A DNA stretch of 45,137 nucleotides from Candidatus Dojkabacteria bacterium. GTDB taxonomy: Archaea > Nanobdellota > Nanobdellia > Pacearchaeales > GW2011-AR1. Both the position numbers and the translations under genes were made by a program. Shown piece by piece: positions 1 through 9,620 of the stretch (position 1 is its first letter; the number at the start of each line of letters is the position of its first letter). The notes beneath the pieces are model-generated. The model was given only the letters and a program-made list of their open reading frames with translations, was not told where the DNA came from and searched no databases. The DNA lies in NCBI GenBank assembly GCA_017610445.1, contig JAFCCB010000002.1, positions 1-45,137 on the forward strand, read 5' to 3'.

Positions 1-2
1 AA

Positions 3-215
3 ATGCCAATAAAAGAAAAATTTTTAGGAGGGGTATTAATAATAATTGGGGCTATGCCTTTTTTATTAAAAATCCAAAAAATCGCAGATTTTTTTGCAAA
101 ATATAAATTCCTATCAACAATTGCCCCTGGAAATTGGATTTATCAGATAATAATAATTTTAATAGGGGTTTTATTAATCTGGAAAATAAAACCTAAATTT
201 GAGACAAACTATTAA
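3..215 (+). CDS. small membrane protein (2 TM), hypothetical
   Basis: Two hydrophobic stretches (GGVLIIIGAMPFLL; WIYQIIIILIGVLLIW). Confidence 0.6.
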   Translation: MPIKEKFLGGVLIIIGAMPFLLKIQKIADFFAKYKFLSTIAPGNWIYQIIIILIGVLLIWKIKPKFETNY

Positions 216-233
216 AAACGCTGTAATTTTACA

Positions 234-827
234 TTACACATAAACTTCCAAAATTCTTGCACTTACTTTGTATTTTTTTAACAACTCAACAATTTTTTCT
301 CTATGCACAATAGGAATCATAATACAGCTCTTCCCTAATTTTTTTCCTTCAAATTTTTCAATAAGCCCCTTGTATTTCTTGTCCTTTATTTTAAAACCAT
401 AGATTTTATTTAAAAAAGCTCCTCTATTTTTCCTGATTTTACTCCAGTAAATAATTGCGAATTTCTTTCCTATTTTGCCCTTGCTTTCAAATCTACCATA
501 AAGCATAATCCCTTCACTTTCAATACTTAATTTCAATTCTTTCCAATCATTTAATTTACCAATAATCAAATGAATTCTATTGCTTATTCCTTTTGCTTTA
601 AATAATAAACCTTCTCTGCTTTTGTAAAAATCCTCCAAAATACCCTCAATCTCTTTCTCAATCTTTTTAGTTTCTCTGTCCAATTCAATAAAAATATCAA
701 CATCACTTTTTTTAGTTGCCTGATTTTTCACAACAGAACCAAATAAAATAATCTTATTTATCTTACTAACATCCTTAATCCTGCTTAACAAATAAGAAAC
801 AAAATAACTTGCATAAGCCCTATACAT
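234..827 (-). CDS. minimal nucleotidyltransferase (MNT) domain protein with an extra C-terminal domain; putative antitoxin
   Basis: ILFGS...SDVDIFI Pol-beta-type motif; overlaps the 3' end of the upstream HEPN-like ORF. Confidence 0.8.
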   Translation of the reverse strand: MYRAYASYFVSYLLSRIKDVSKINKIILFGSVVKNQATKKSDVDIFIELDRETKKIEKEIEGILEDFYKSREGLLFKAKGISNRIHLIIGKLNDWKELKLSIESEGIMLYGRFESKGKIGKKFAIIYWSKIRKNRGAFLNKIYGFKIKDKKYKGLIEKFEGKKLGKSCIMIPIVHREKIVELLKKYKVSARILEVYV

Positions 828-1230
828 TTTCTACATCCTCCTTTAATTTCAAAAATAAATTTATTTTATCCCTTAAAATTTTTTCAGAAATATTTTTACC
901 ATAAGCTAATTTATTTCGCTCTTTCTCAATTGAATTTGCAATATCTAAAAACTTGTCTAAATCTTTAATGTCCTCTATTTGAGAAATTATCTGATTAGAA
1001 ATCAATTTTTTTGTATTTTCTTTTTTCTTTTTCAGCCACAAATGATTAATTTTTGCTCCTGATTTCAACACTCCTAATTTGTCTAAATACACTTCAATTA
1101 AAGTCATTACTCCCAAAGATAAAGAAAAAGACAATCTTCTTTGATGTTTAACAATACCTTCAGAACCATTTAACGCAGAATTTATTTCATCAAGCACTTC
1201 TGTTAAAATCTCTTTGTATTTTTGTTTCAT
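820..1230 (-). CDS. HEPN-like helical protein, putative partner (toxin) of the MNT
   Basis: All-helical 136 aa; ERNKLAYG resembles a degenerate HEPN Rx4-6H motif (H replaced by Y); coupled to the MNT gene. Confidence 0.55.
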   Translation of the reverse strand: MKQKYKEILTEVLDEINSALNGSEGIVKHQRRLSFSLSLGVMTLIEVYLDKLGVLKSGAKINHLWLKKKKENTKKLISNQIISQIEDIKDLDKFLDIANSIEKERNKLAYGKNISEKILRDKINLFLKLKEDVENV

Positions 1231-1234
1231 TTTT

Positions 1235-1332
1235 TAAGTCATTTGCCTTAGTTTTGTTAAGACATTTGTCTTTATAAATTTTTCTGTTTCTTTTAAGTCA
1301 TCTGTCTTAACCCTATTAAGACATTTGTCTTA
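1235..1332. promoter_or_regulatory. four 16-bp palindromic operators (TAAGACA-N2-TGTCTTA consensus) around a TATA box
   Basis: taagtcatttgcctta 1235-1250, taagacatttgtcttt 1258-1273, taagtcatctgtctta 1294-1309, taagacatttgtctta 1317-1332; tttataaa at 1271-1278. Confidence 0.75.
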
Positions 1333-1434
1333 CAAAATAATTCAAAACACTTTCCACCTAATATTAAAAAGTAAAAAGTATCTTCTGCTCAGTTTTCTCT
1401 TAACCCTAACAATCCAATCAACAAAATTCATTCA

Positions 1435-1623
1435 CTAATATTTCTCCAACAAATCTTCCCTTCTTTCTTTATCTCTTATTTTTGCTTTAATTTCTCTGTC
1501 ATAATAATCAGCTAACTCTTCACTTCCCCCTTCTTCTGCAATTTTCTTTTTTTCTTCATGAATCTTTATCTGCTTTTCTAAAGACTTAATTCCTTTTTGT
1601 AGTCTCTTTTTTCTTTTAACCAT
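1435..1623 (-). CDS. small charged coiled-coil protein, hypothetical
   Basis: 62 aa, K/E-rich, starts 2 bp after the stop of the AbrB-MNT gene. Confidence 0.6.
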   Translation of the reverse strand: MVKRKKRLQKGIKSLEKQIKIHEEKKKIAEEGGSEELADYYDREIKAKIRDKERREDLLEKY

Positions 1624-1625
1624 TT

Positions 1626-2405
1626 TTATTTTTTATCCAAATTCTCCTGTTGTTTTATTTTCTTCACAATAAAATCATAAAGTTTTTGAGCTTCTTTAAT
1701 AGGTAATTCATCTTTTGCTTTTTTACCAGCTTTAACTCTTAAATAACCTTTATAAGCATTTAGAGAACCTGAAATGTTTTTGATTAATCTTAAAAATTCA
1801 TTTTTTGTCCATTTCTTTTCTTTCCTTAAACAATCAACAAGATAAAACTCTCTTAATCTTAAAATTAAAGAATATGCAGAACCATCTCCTTCTTTAATTT
1901 TCATTTCTCTGGATAACTCCAGACTTTTTTCAATAACTTTCATAGCAGATTTTGTTGTTTCTATGTGAAATTTAAGATTTCTTTTAGTTAATTTTGTTTT
2001 TTTATAACTCTCAAGAAATTCAGCATTGATTAAAGGCTTAGCTTCTTTTAACATTGGAAGCAAGGGCAAAATATTATTTTTAAGCTGTTTCTCAACAGAA
2101 TTTTTAGAAAGTATAATTATTTCATATTTCCCTTTTTTAATTCTCTTTTCTAAATTATTAGTTATAACAACAACATCTATATCGCTTTCATTAGTCTGCT
2201 CTCCTCTTGCATAACTTCCAACAAGATAAATCCCAACAACATCTTTTAAATAAAGATTAAGAATTTCAAATAAATCTTCTTTAATATCTATTGGTTTTTC
2301 AATTAATTCTATTTTTGCTTTTCCATCTATCCATGCTTTAGGCAATAATACACATGCAGAATTACCCATTTTTACAATAGGCTTAATAATCTCTTGTTTT
2401 TTCAT
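1626..2405 (-). CDS. AbrB/DUF2080-like N-terminal domain + MNT nucleotidyltransferase + helical C-terminal domain
   Basis: KPIVKMGNSACVLLPKAW (swapped-hairpin GNS motif); YLVGSYARGEQTNESDIDVVV MNT motif. Start at 2405 (MKKQEII) is preferred because the track start at 2426 lies among the upstream palindromes. Confidence 0.75.
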   Translation of the reverse strand: MKKQEIIKPIVKMGNSACVLLPKAWIDGKAKIELIEKPIDIKEDLFEILNLYLKDVVGIYLVGSYARGEQTNESDIDVVVITNNLEKRIKKGKYEIIILSKNSVEKQLKNNILPLLPMLKEAKPLINAEFLESYKKTKLTKRNLKFHIETTKSAMKVIEKSLELSREMKIKEGDGSAYSLILRLREFYLVDCLRKEKKWTKNEFLRLIKNISGSLNAYKGYLRVKAGKKAKDELPIKEAQKLYDFIVKKIKQQENLDKK

Positions 2406-2409
2406 GTTT

Positions 2410-2474
2410 AAACAATGTTTTAACATTATTTAAATCTTTTGTTCTTAAAACAATGTCTTCAAAACACTTTCTAC
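2410..2474. promoter_or_regulatory. putative autoregulatory operator region of the AbrB-MNT gene
   Basis: Palindromes aaacaatgttt (2410-2420) and aatgtt-tt-aacatt (2415-2428), a repeat aaaacaatgtc at ~2447-2457, and TATA-like tatttaaa at 2427-2434. Confidence 0.45.
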
Positions 2475-2495
2475 TTTTAGTATTATAAACATAAG

Positions 2496-3521
2496 TTAGA
2501 AAGTGAAAAGTGTTTTCTGCGCTTTTTTCCTCTCTAATTCATCTAACTTCTGCAATTGCTTATCAATTCTATTCTCAGAAAATTCATATTTCATCAATAT
2601 TTTTTTAATTCTTTTTCTGTCAATCTTTGGAAATTCAACTTTAAATTTTTTATTGATTTTTGGCTTAGAGATTTCAGAATAAATCTCTTTCCACTCAAAA
2701 TTTAATTCTAATTTCTCATTTTTCTCAACAGCTTTAAAAATCTCTTCTTTTGTTTTAAACTCCTTTACAAATTTTAAAGATTTTTTAGGCCCCAACCCTT
2801 TTACCCCTCCCACATTATAATCTGTCCCGCACAAAATCCCCAGACAAATTAATTGCTCTTGATTAATCCCAAGCTCTTTTAAAACCTTTTTTAATTCAAT
2901 TATCTGAGGAAAAACTTCTGAATAACCAGAAAAAGTTTTTCTTTTCCGCGCCATACTTAAATTTTGAATTAATTTTGGCGCCTCAAACATTAAACAATCA
3001 TAATCCTGTGATGCAACTGCATAAATATCTTTTTTCTGAGCCAAATAACTAGCCTGCGCCTCTCCTTCTCCAGGCGCCTGCACAATCGCAACCCCCATCG
3101 CACTTAATAATTCTTTGCTCTCTTTAATTTTCTGCTCATCTAAATTAACATCACTTTTTGCATATTTCCCCATCCCCTTGATATCCTCTTTAGTTTTAGC
3201 TTCTTCATATTTTTCCTTATATTGCTCTTTAATTTTTTTTCTCTTTTCCCAAGTCCTGCTCTTTAATTCAGGCGCCTCGCCGTCAAAAACATAAATCAAT
3301 TTAATTCCTTCTAAAATCAACCTCATATTTCTATAAAACAAACCGCTCAAATGTGAACTAACATTTCCTTTAGAATCCCTTAAAGGAGTTCCATCTGGTT
3401 GTCTAATTGTAGTCAAAAACTGGTAAATCGCATTAAAAGCATCAACTGCAATTATTTTATCTTTCAAATCAGAAAAACTAATCTGCTTTTTTGAAATAAT
3501 TTCACTTATTTGAAGCCCCAT
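2496..3521 (-). CDS. fen: flap endonuclease 1
   Basis: AVDAFNAIYQFL, YVFDG, GEGEAQAS, SQDYD and GTDYN motifs; C-terminal PIP box QKTLFTF. Confidence 0.97.
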   Translation of the reverse strand: MGLQISEIISKKQISFSDLKDKIIAVDAFNAIYQFLTTIRQPDGTPLRDSKGNVSSHLSGLFYRNMRLILEGIKLIYVFDGEAPELKSRTWEKRKKIKEQYKEKYEEAKTKEDIKGMGKYAKSDVNLDEQKIKESKELLSAMGVAIVQAPGEGEAQASYLAQKKDIYAVASQDYDCLMFEAPKLIQNLSMARKRKTFSGYSEVFPQIIELKKVLKELGINQEQLICLGILCGTDYNVGGVKGLGPKKSLKFVKEFKTKEEIFKAVEKNEKLELNFEWKEIYSEISKPKINKKFKVEFPKIDRKRIKKILMKYEFSENRIDKQLQKLDELERKKAQKTLFTF

Positions 3522-3557
3522 TTAATATATAAAAAATACGCATTAATAAAATTTATG

Positions 3558-4001
3558 CTAAATGACCTTTCTTAACTTTAAGTAAGTAGTTCTAAGCTGA
3601 GGTTTTTTCATTCTACTAACTCCTCTTGGAAGCTTAATATTTTGATTATTACAAAAATCTCTTATCCCTTGTCTAAAACCAGCAGCACTAGTGGGTATCC
3701 ATATATCATTCCTAGAAGTTTTTTTAACAATATGCTCAGAAGCTATTTTAGGCCTATCAACAGGTTCAGGTTTTTGAAATTGAATTCTTGCATATTTTTT
3801 ATCTAGTTTATTAAATTCAATAGTATAATCTGGGTCCATTTGACCTATCTCATATGATTCTACATCTTCATCAGGAGGAATTCCAAAATAATTACATATA
3901 GCAGCAAATTTTGTAGGATTACTACTTAAGGCCTCCCTCCTCATTTTATCTATTTCTTCAACAAATAACTCTAACTTATTTCCATTTACCATAGTCTCCA
4001 T
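3558..4001 (-). CDS. hypothetical protein
   Basis: 147-aa ORF with a TATA-like element upstream; no recognised motif. Confidence 0.6.
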   Translation of the reverse strand: METMVNGNKLELFVEEIDKMRREALSSNPTKFAAICNYFGIPPDEDVESYEIGQMDPDYTIEFNKLDKKYARIQFQKPEPVDRPKIASEHIVKKTSRNDIWIPTSAAGFRQGIRDFCNNQNIKLPRGVSRMKKPQLRTTYLKLRKVI

Positions 4002-4077
4002 ACAATAAAACTCCCCTATTTAAGGTTTTTGCATAGCAAATGACTAACTTTAAATATGTTTTAAACCTCTAACTAAA

Positions 4078-6537
4078 ATGGAAATAAACTTCATCCCAAT
4101 AGATTATGATTATTTTGACTGGCAGGGAAAAAATTATGCAAAAATAATTGGAAGAACAGAGCAAGGCAAAAGTGTTTGTGTCATAGATTCTTGTCCAATT
4201 TATTTCTGGGCAATTTTAAAGCAAAAAATTTCTGAATTAAAAATTAGGCAAATTCAGCAAAAAATTGAAAAAATCAAAATAAAATCTCCTTCAAGAATCT
4301 CAAAAGTTCTAAAAACAGAAATTCACAGCAAAAAATTCTTGGGAAAATCTGTGAAAGCAATTAAAATTTTTGTAACAAACTACAAAGATGCTCATGCAAT
4401 TGCAGGCAAAATTGGCATGAAAGAAATTAATAAAAGAAGGGAATATGATTTAGGGTATATCACAAAATATATCATTGAAAGAAAATTAAAACCTCTCCAA
4501 TGGTGTAAAATCCAGGGCAAAATACTCAATAACTCACAAAAATTCGGATTTCTCGATGCTAATTTAAATGTTGATTTAGTATTAGAAGCAGAAAAAATAT
4601 CTGAAACAGCACAAAAAAACTTCTCGCCAAAAATCTTAGCTTACGATATTGAAACAGATGAATTAGAAATAGGAAAAGGAGAAATCTTAATGATTTCCCT
4701 AGTCGGAGAGAACTTTAAAAAAGTTTTAACATGGAAAAAATACCAGACAAAACTTAATTATGTAGAATGCTTTAAAGATGAGGCAGAGATGTTAGAATCT
4801 TTTGTTAAATATGTAAAAGAGTATTCTCCTGATATTTTAACAGGTTATTTCTCAGATGGTTTTGATTTGCCTTACTTAAGGGCAAGAGCTGAAAAAAATA
4901 AAATTAGATTAAATTTAGGAATTGACAATTCACAGCCAAAATTTTCAAGAGGGAGAATCCTAACTGGAAAAATAAACGGAATTGTCCATATTGATTTATT
5001 AAGATTTATTAGAAATGCATATTCTCAATATCTTAAGTCAGAAACTTTAAGTTTAAATGAAGTAGCAGGAGAACTTCTAGAAGAAAGAAAACTTAAATTT
5101 TCTCCATTAGAACAGGTAAAATTAAAAAAACCAAACTGGGAAAAGTTCTTTGAATATAATTTACAGGATTCTGTTTTAGTATATAAACTAATACAAAAAG
5201 CCTGGTCAGATTTATTAGAAATAACCAGAATTATCCAAGAGCCTTTGTTTAATATTTCAAGAAATACAATGGCAAATAATTTTGAAGAACTTATTATTCA
5301 TAATCTCCACAAATTTAATGAAATAGCAGAAAAACATCCAACTCACGAAGAAATTGGGGAAAGAAGAATGCGTCCGAAATATGAGGGGGCTTTTGTTTTT
5401 CAGCCAATACCAGGATTATATGAAAATATCTGCTTCTTTGATTTTACAAGTATGTACGCAAGTGTAATTGTTAGTTATAATTTGTCTCGTTCAACACTAA
5501 CCCAGAAGAAAAATAAAACAGATTTATATCAAGGAGAATTAGACAGAAAAAAAATTTATTTTACTAAAGAACAGGGATTTGTTCCAGAACTGTTAAAAGA
5601 AATAATAATCAAAAGAAAACAATATAAAAAAGAGTATAATAAAAATCCAAATCCTATTACAAAAGCAAGAAGCAATGCCTATAAACTTTTAGCAAATGCT
5701 GCATATGGATATCAGGGTTTTTTCGGAGCAAGGTATTATTGTGTAGAAGCAGCATCAAGCACTGCATATTTTGCAAGAAAAAACTTAAAACAGGTAATGG
5801 AACAATTAAAAAAACAGAATTTTGATTTAATTTATGGAGATACAGACTCTATTGCATTTAAATTAAACAAACATACAAAAAAACAAACCCTCCAATTATT
5901 AAATAAAATAAATAAAAAACTCCCGGGAATAATGGAGCTTGATTTAGAGGATTTTTATAAGCGGGGGATTTGGGTGACAAAAAGAACAGGCGAATTTGGA
6001 GCAAAAAAGAAATATGCATTAATCAATGAAAAAAATAAAATAAAAATCCGAGGCTTTGAAACAGTAAGAAGAGATTGGTGCAATCTTGCAAGACAAACCC
6101 AAAACAAAATCCTAAATTTAATCTTAACAACAGGAAATGAAAAAAAAGCATTGCAATATTTAAAACAAATAATTAAACAGATTAAAAAAAGAGAAATTCC
6201 ATTAAAACAATTAATTATTAGAACCCAATTAAAAAAACCAATAAATGAATATAAATCAATTCCTCCTCATGTAACAATAGCAAAAAGAATGCAGGAGCAG
6301 GAACTTCCAATTGACATAGGAATGCTTATTGAATATTATATCTCAGAAACAGAAAATAAAAAAGCATTAGTAAGAGAGCGTGCAAAAATGCCAAATGAGA
6401 AAGGAAAATATGACATCAAGTACTATTTAAACAATCAAATCCTGCCAGCAGTTGAAAATATTTTTGAAGTCTTTAAAATAAATATAAAAGAACTTGTTGA
6501 AGGAAAACAGCAGAAAAAGTTAGGCGACTTTAATTAA
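4078..6537 (+). CDS. polB: family B DNA polymerase
   Basis: ExoI YDIET, ExoII FDLPYL, motif A FDFTSMYAS, motif B KLLANAAYGY, motif C YGDTDS, KKKYA, RGFETVRRDW; C-terminal PIP-like QKKLGDF. Confidence 0.97.
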   Translation: MEINFIPIDYDYFDWQGKNYAKIIGRTEQGKSVCVIDSCPIYFWAILKQKISELKIRQIQQKIEKIKIKSPSRISKVLKTEIHSKKFLGKSVKAIKIFVTNYKDAHAIAGKIGMKEINKRREYDLGYITKYIIERKLKPLQWCKIQGKILNNSQKFGFLDANLNVDLVLEAEKISETAQKNFSPKILAYDIETDELEIGKGEILMISLVGENFKKVLTWKKYQTKLNYVECFKDEAEMLESFVKYVKEYSPDILTGYFSDGFDLPYLRARAEKNKIRLNLGIDNSQPKFSRGRILTGKINGIVHIDLLRFIRNAYSQYLKSETLSLNEVAGELLEERKLKFSPLEQVKLKKPNWEKFFEYNLQDSVLVYKLIQKAWSDLLEITRIIQEPLFNISRNTMANNFEELIIHNLHKFNEIAEKHPTHEEIGERRMRPKYEGAFVFQPIPGLYENICFFDFTSMYASVIVSYNLSRSTLTQKKNKTDLYQGELDRKKIYFTKEQGFVPELLKEIIIKRKQYKKEYNKNPNPITKARSNAYKLLANAAYGYQGFFGARYYCVEAASSTAYFARKNLKQVMEQLKKQNFDLIYGDTDSIAFKLNKHTKKQTLQLLNKINKKLPGIMELDLEDFYKRGIWVTKRTGEFGAKKKYALINEKNKIKIRGFETVRRDWCNLARQTQNKILNLILTTGNEKKALQYLKQIIKQIKKREIPLKQLIIRTQLKKPINEYKSIPPHVTIAKRMQEQELPIDIGMLIEYYISETENKKALVRERAKMPNEKGKYDIKYYLNNQILPAVENIFEVFKINIKELVEGKQQKKLGDFN

Positions 6538-6593
6538 TAAGAGTAAATTTATTAAATTAAATAACTTATTGATTAAAGGAGTTGATTTTTGAA

Positions 6594-7052
6594 ATGCAAA
6601 TAAGAAAAGCAAAACCAAAGGACTATAAAAAAATAGCAAATCTAAGAAAGAAAACTTTTGAAAAAATTAATAGTAAAGATTATTCTAAAAGACAAATTGA
6701 AATATTAAACAAGAAAAATCCTCTAAAATTAATTTTAGAAAAAATGAAAAAAAAGACATGTTTTGTATAACCGAAAATAATAAAATTTTAGGGATTATAG
6801 ATTTAGAAAAAAACAAAATTGGTGGATTATTTGTTAAATATAATTATATTAATAAGGGAATTGGTAAAAAAATTATTAACATTTATTGAAAATTTTGCAA
6901 AAAAGAAAGGAATAAAAAAAGTTCATCTTTACTCAACTAAAACCACTTATAACTTTTACATCAAACAAGAATATAAATTAATTAAAAAAAATAGATGGAG
7001 ATCTAATAAAATTAATTTTACAAGTTATAAAATGGAAAAAACTTTAAAGTGA
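6594..7052 (+). pseudogene. GNAT-family acetyltransferase interrupted by two compensating frameshifts in A-runs
   Basis: N-terminal MQIRKAK; the middle segment is in another frame (DMFCITENNKILGIIDLEKNKIGGLFVKYNYINKGIGKK, acetyl-CoA motif A); C-terminal LLTFIENFAKKKG...FYIKQEY. Shifts at A8 (~6747-6754) and A7 (~6866-6872). Confidence 0.8.
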
Positions 7053-7067
7053 ACAAGTTCTAATTTT

Positions 7068-7412
7068 CTAATCCCTCTTTATACACCTATTAATCGCCTC
7101 AACAACCTTATCATAAAAATCATTATTAATTGTGCAGAGCTTTTTCTTTATTATTTTTTCATGAATTGTAAATATCCTGTGCGGTTTTAACCAGCTTTTA
7201 AAAGGCAATCCTCCTTCTTGAAAAGAATTAATTGTTATTAATAAATCATCTTTATGAGGATTAGTAGTAATAAGACAGCAAATACGATCTTGCATTTTAT
7301 TTATTTTATTATTAGAAATAATCAAGGCAGGTCTTTGCTTTAAAGTTGTCAAATCTGAATAAGGAAAAGGAATAAGAACAATATCTTTTTGACAATAAAA
7401 TTTTGGTTCCAT
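7068..7412 (-). CDS. MazF/PemK-family endoribonuclease toxin
   Basis: DIVLIPFPYSD...KQRPALIIS...LITT signature. Confidence 0.9.
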   Translation of the reverse strand: MEPKFYCQKDIVLIPFPYSDLTTLKQRPALIISNNKINKMQDRICCLITTNPHKDDLLITINSFQEGGLPFKSWLKPHRIFTIHEKIIKKKLCTINNDFYDKVVEAINRCIKRD

Positions 7413-7451
7413 TTCAAATTTTATTGGACAGAAAATCTTTGATTTTCTATA

Positions 7452-7679
7452 CTAAACATTATTCCACCTCTCATCTAATTCATTATCCCAATCTTTTTTT
7501 AATACTTCTTCAGATGCAAGCATAGTAAATATGCTTTCTTCATCAATTTTGTTGATTTTTTCCAACTCTTCTAACCTCTTTTTTATAATTCTACGCACAA
7601 ACTCACTCCATTTTATTTCAGAACATTCTTTCATTCTTTTATACACAGAATCTTCAATAGATAAAGTTATATTTGTCAT
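7452..7679 (-). CDS. ribbon-helix-helix antitoxin
   Basis: MTNITLSI...EIKWSEFVR RHH pattern; acidic tail SEEVLKKDW; directly upstream of the MazF-like gene. Confidence 0.8.
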   Translation of the reverse strand: MTNITLSIEDSVYKRMKECSEIKWSEFVRRIIKKRLEELEKINKIDEESIFTMLASEEVLKKDWDNELDERWNNV

Positions 7680-7758
7680 AAAAAAATAAGTGATGCCACT
7701 TATTTAAATCTTTCTAATTATCTAAAACATTTTTATATTAATTTTTCTTAAATATATC

Positions 7759-8430
7759 ATGAATAAATCCCAACTCCTAAAATCTCTGCAACAACAAGGT
7801 TTTTCAAACAAAATCTTAAATGCCTTTAAAAAAATTAAAAGAGAAAATTTCATTCCAAAAGAATTAAAACAATATGCTTATGAAAACCAGCCCCTGCCAA
7901 TTGGACAAGGACAAACAATTTCTCAACCATACACAATTGCATTTATGTTAAATCTGCTTAGATTGCCTGAATTAGACAATAAAACTAATAACAACAAAAA
8001 GCTAATCTCAAAAAATAAAACTAATAATAAGATATTAGAATTAAAAAAATTCAAAATTCTCGAAATCGGTTCAGGAAGCGGTTATGTTCTTGCACTTATC
8101 AACCAAATCAGTAAAAACTCTAAAATTTATGGTGTTGAAAGAATTAAACAACTTGCTGAAAAATCAAAACAAGTTTTAAAAACCAAAAAAAACATAAAAA
8201 TAATTCATGCAAATGGAACAAAAGGACTAAAACAAAAAGCCCCTTTTGACAGAATTTTAATCTCTGCATCTGCTAATGAACTTCCTCAAAAAATCATCTC
8301 ACAATTAGATTTTGGAGGAATTATGGTTTGTGTTGTGAAAAACTCAATCTTTTATATAAAAAGAGAATCAAAACAAACAAAAATCAAAGAATATCCTGGT
8401 TTTGTTTTCGTGCCTTTGATTGAAAAATAA
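7759..8430 (+). CDS. pcm: protein-L-isoaspartate O-methyltransferase
   Basis: GQTISQP, ILEIGSGSGY, APFDRI and FVFVPL motifs; contains an N/K-rich insertion. Confidence 0.93.
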   Translation: MNKSQLLKSLQQQGFSNKILNAFKKIKRENFIPKELKQYAYENQPLPIGQGQTISQPYTIAFMLNLLRLPELDNKTNNNKKLISKNKTNNKILELKKFKILEIGSGSGYVLALINQISKNSKIYGVERIKQLAEKSKQVLKTKKNIKIIHANGTKGLKQKAPFDRILISASANELPQKIISQLDFGGIMVCVVKNSIFYIKRESKQTKIKEYPGFVFVPLIEK

Positions 8431-8431
8431 A

Positions 8432-9349
8432 TTATAAAATCCTGCTCTTCTTAAAAATAATTATTACAATTGCCCAGATTAACACAACAATTCCTATTAA
8501 CATCCAAAATATCCCTGACATTCCTTGAAAAGGCAAAACAATATTCATCCCATAAATCCCAGACAAAACAGCAGGAATTGTCATAAGAACTGTAAAAATT
8601 GTCAAAACTTTTAAAATTTTATTTAAATTATTTGACAAAGTTGTCTGATAATAATCCCTCATATTTGTAATTGTTTTAAGCGCTGCCTTGCAGGAAGCCA
8701 ATGTCTGATTTAAATCTACAATTAAATCTTCAATAAATTCTTTTTCATTTTCCTTAAACCTAATCGCCTTAAGTTTAATCATCATAGCATGCATATAAAT
8801 TAAAGGAGAAAAACTCGCAAGATAATCATTTAAAATATCCTCCCGCAAAACTAAATCTAAAATATCTTTCTCTTTCAAATTCCTAATATTCCTCCTATCT
8901 TTCTTAACTTCTCTTAAAATCTTCCTTATATCCTGATTATAATTATTAGACAAAAATAAAAGTATCTGCAAAAAACTCAATGTTTTTTTATTTGTCAAAA
9001 AATTCTTAATTCCTTTTAACTTATCAAAAATCTCTAATTCAAATTTGCTAATTGTAATAAAAACATTTTTAGAAATAATAATTAAAAAAGAACTTGTATA
9101 CTCATTTTGAATTTTTGATGTTGGAATTGTTAGATAAATATATGCTTTGCTATTTTCTTCTTCAATTCTTGGCATTTCATAAATGTCCAAACCATCTAAA
9201 ATTAAATCTTTTTCTAATTTAAATTTATCAACTAAAAATTCAATTTCTTCTTTAGAAGGGTTAATAACTTCAATCCAGCAATCTGCAGAGTAATCTCTTA
9301 ATTTTTGAATTTCTCCTTTACGAATCAGTTTTTCATAATAATCTATCAT
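8432..9349 (-). CDS. corA: CorA-family Mg2+/Co2+ transporter
   Basis: YGMN signature between two C-terminal TM helices; WIEVINP and PRIE motifs. Confidence 0.92.
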   Translation of the reverse strand: MIDYYEKLIRKGEIQKLRDYSADCWIEVINPSKEEIEFLVDKFKLEKDLILDGLDIYEMPRIEEENSKAYIYLTIPTSKIQNEYTSSFLIIISKNVFITISKFELEIFDKLKGIKNFLTNKKTLSFLQILLFLSNNYNQDIRKILREVKKDRRNIRNLKEKDILDLVLREDILNDYLASFSPLIYMHAMMIKLKAIRFKENEKEFIEDLIVDLNQTLASCKAALKTITNMRDYYQTTLSNNLNKILKVLTIFTVLMTIPAVLSGIYGMNIVLPFQGMSGIFWMLIGIVVLIWAIVIIIFKKSRIL

Positions 9350-9406
9350 AAAAAGGACAGAGATTAATAATTTATAAAGTATTTGATTAAGAATATCTAG
9401 TTCAGT

Positions 9407-9619
9407 TTATTCCAAACTTTTTGCTATCTGTAAAAAATAATTCTTCCTCTTTCTCGCTTCCTCTCTTATACCATCAATTTGTGAAAGAAACTTATATTCT
9501 TTAGCTCTTAATTTACACAAATCATATTTTATACCAATATCAGAAATCTTTTTTAATATCTCTTCAAATTTTTCATCAGATTCTTCAAAATTTAATGAAT
9601 TAAGATTTTCTAAACCCAT
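9407..9619 (-). CDS. hypothetical protein
   Basis: 70-aa ORF starting 1 bp after the MTAP-APRT stop. Confidence 0.55.
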   Translation of the reverse strand: MGLENLNSLNFEESDEKFEEILKKISDIGIKYDLCKLRAKEYKFLSQIDGIREEARKRKNYFLQIAKSLE

Positions 9620-9620
9620 C

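Noticed and set aside
4078-6537. Inactivated PolB (motif A SMYAS instead of SLYPS) or an intein
   Set aside because: Catalytic Asp residues in motifs A and C and the exonuclease motifs are intact, and the length is normal.
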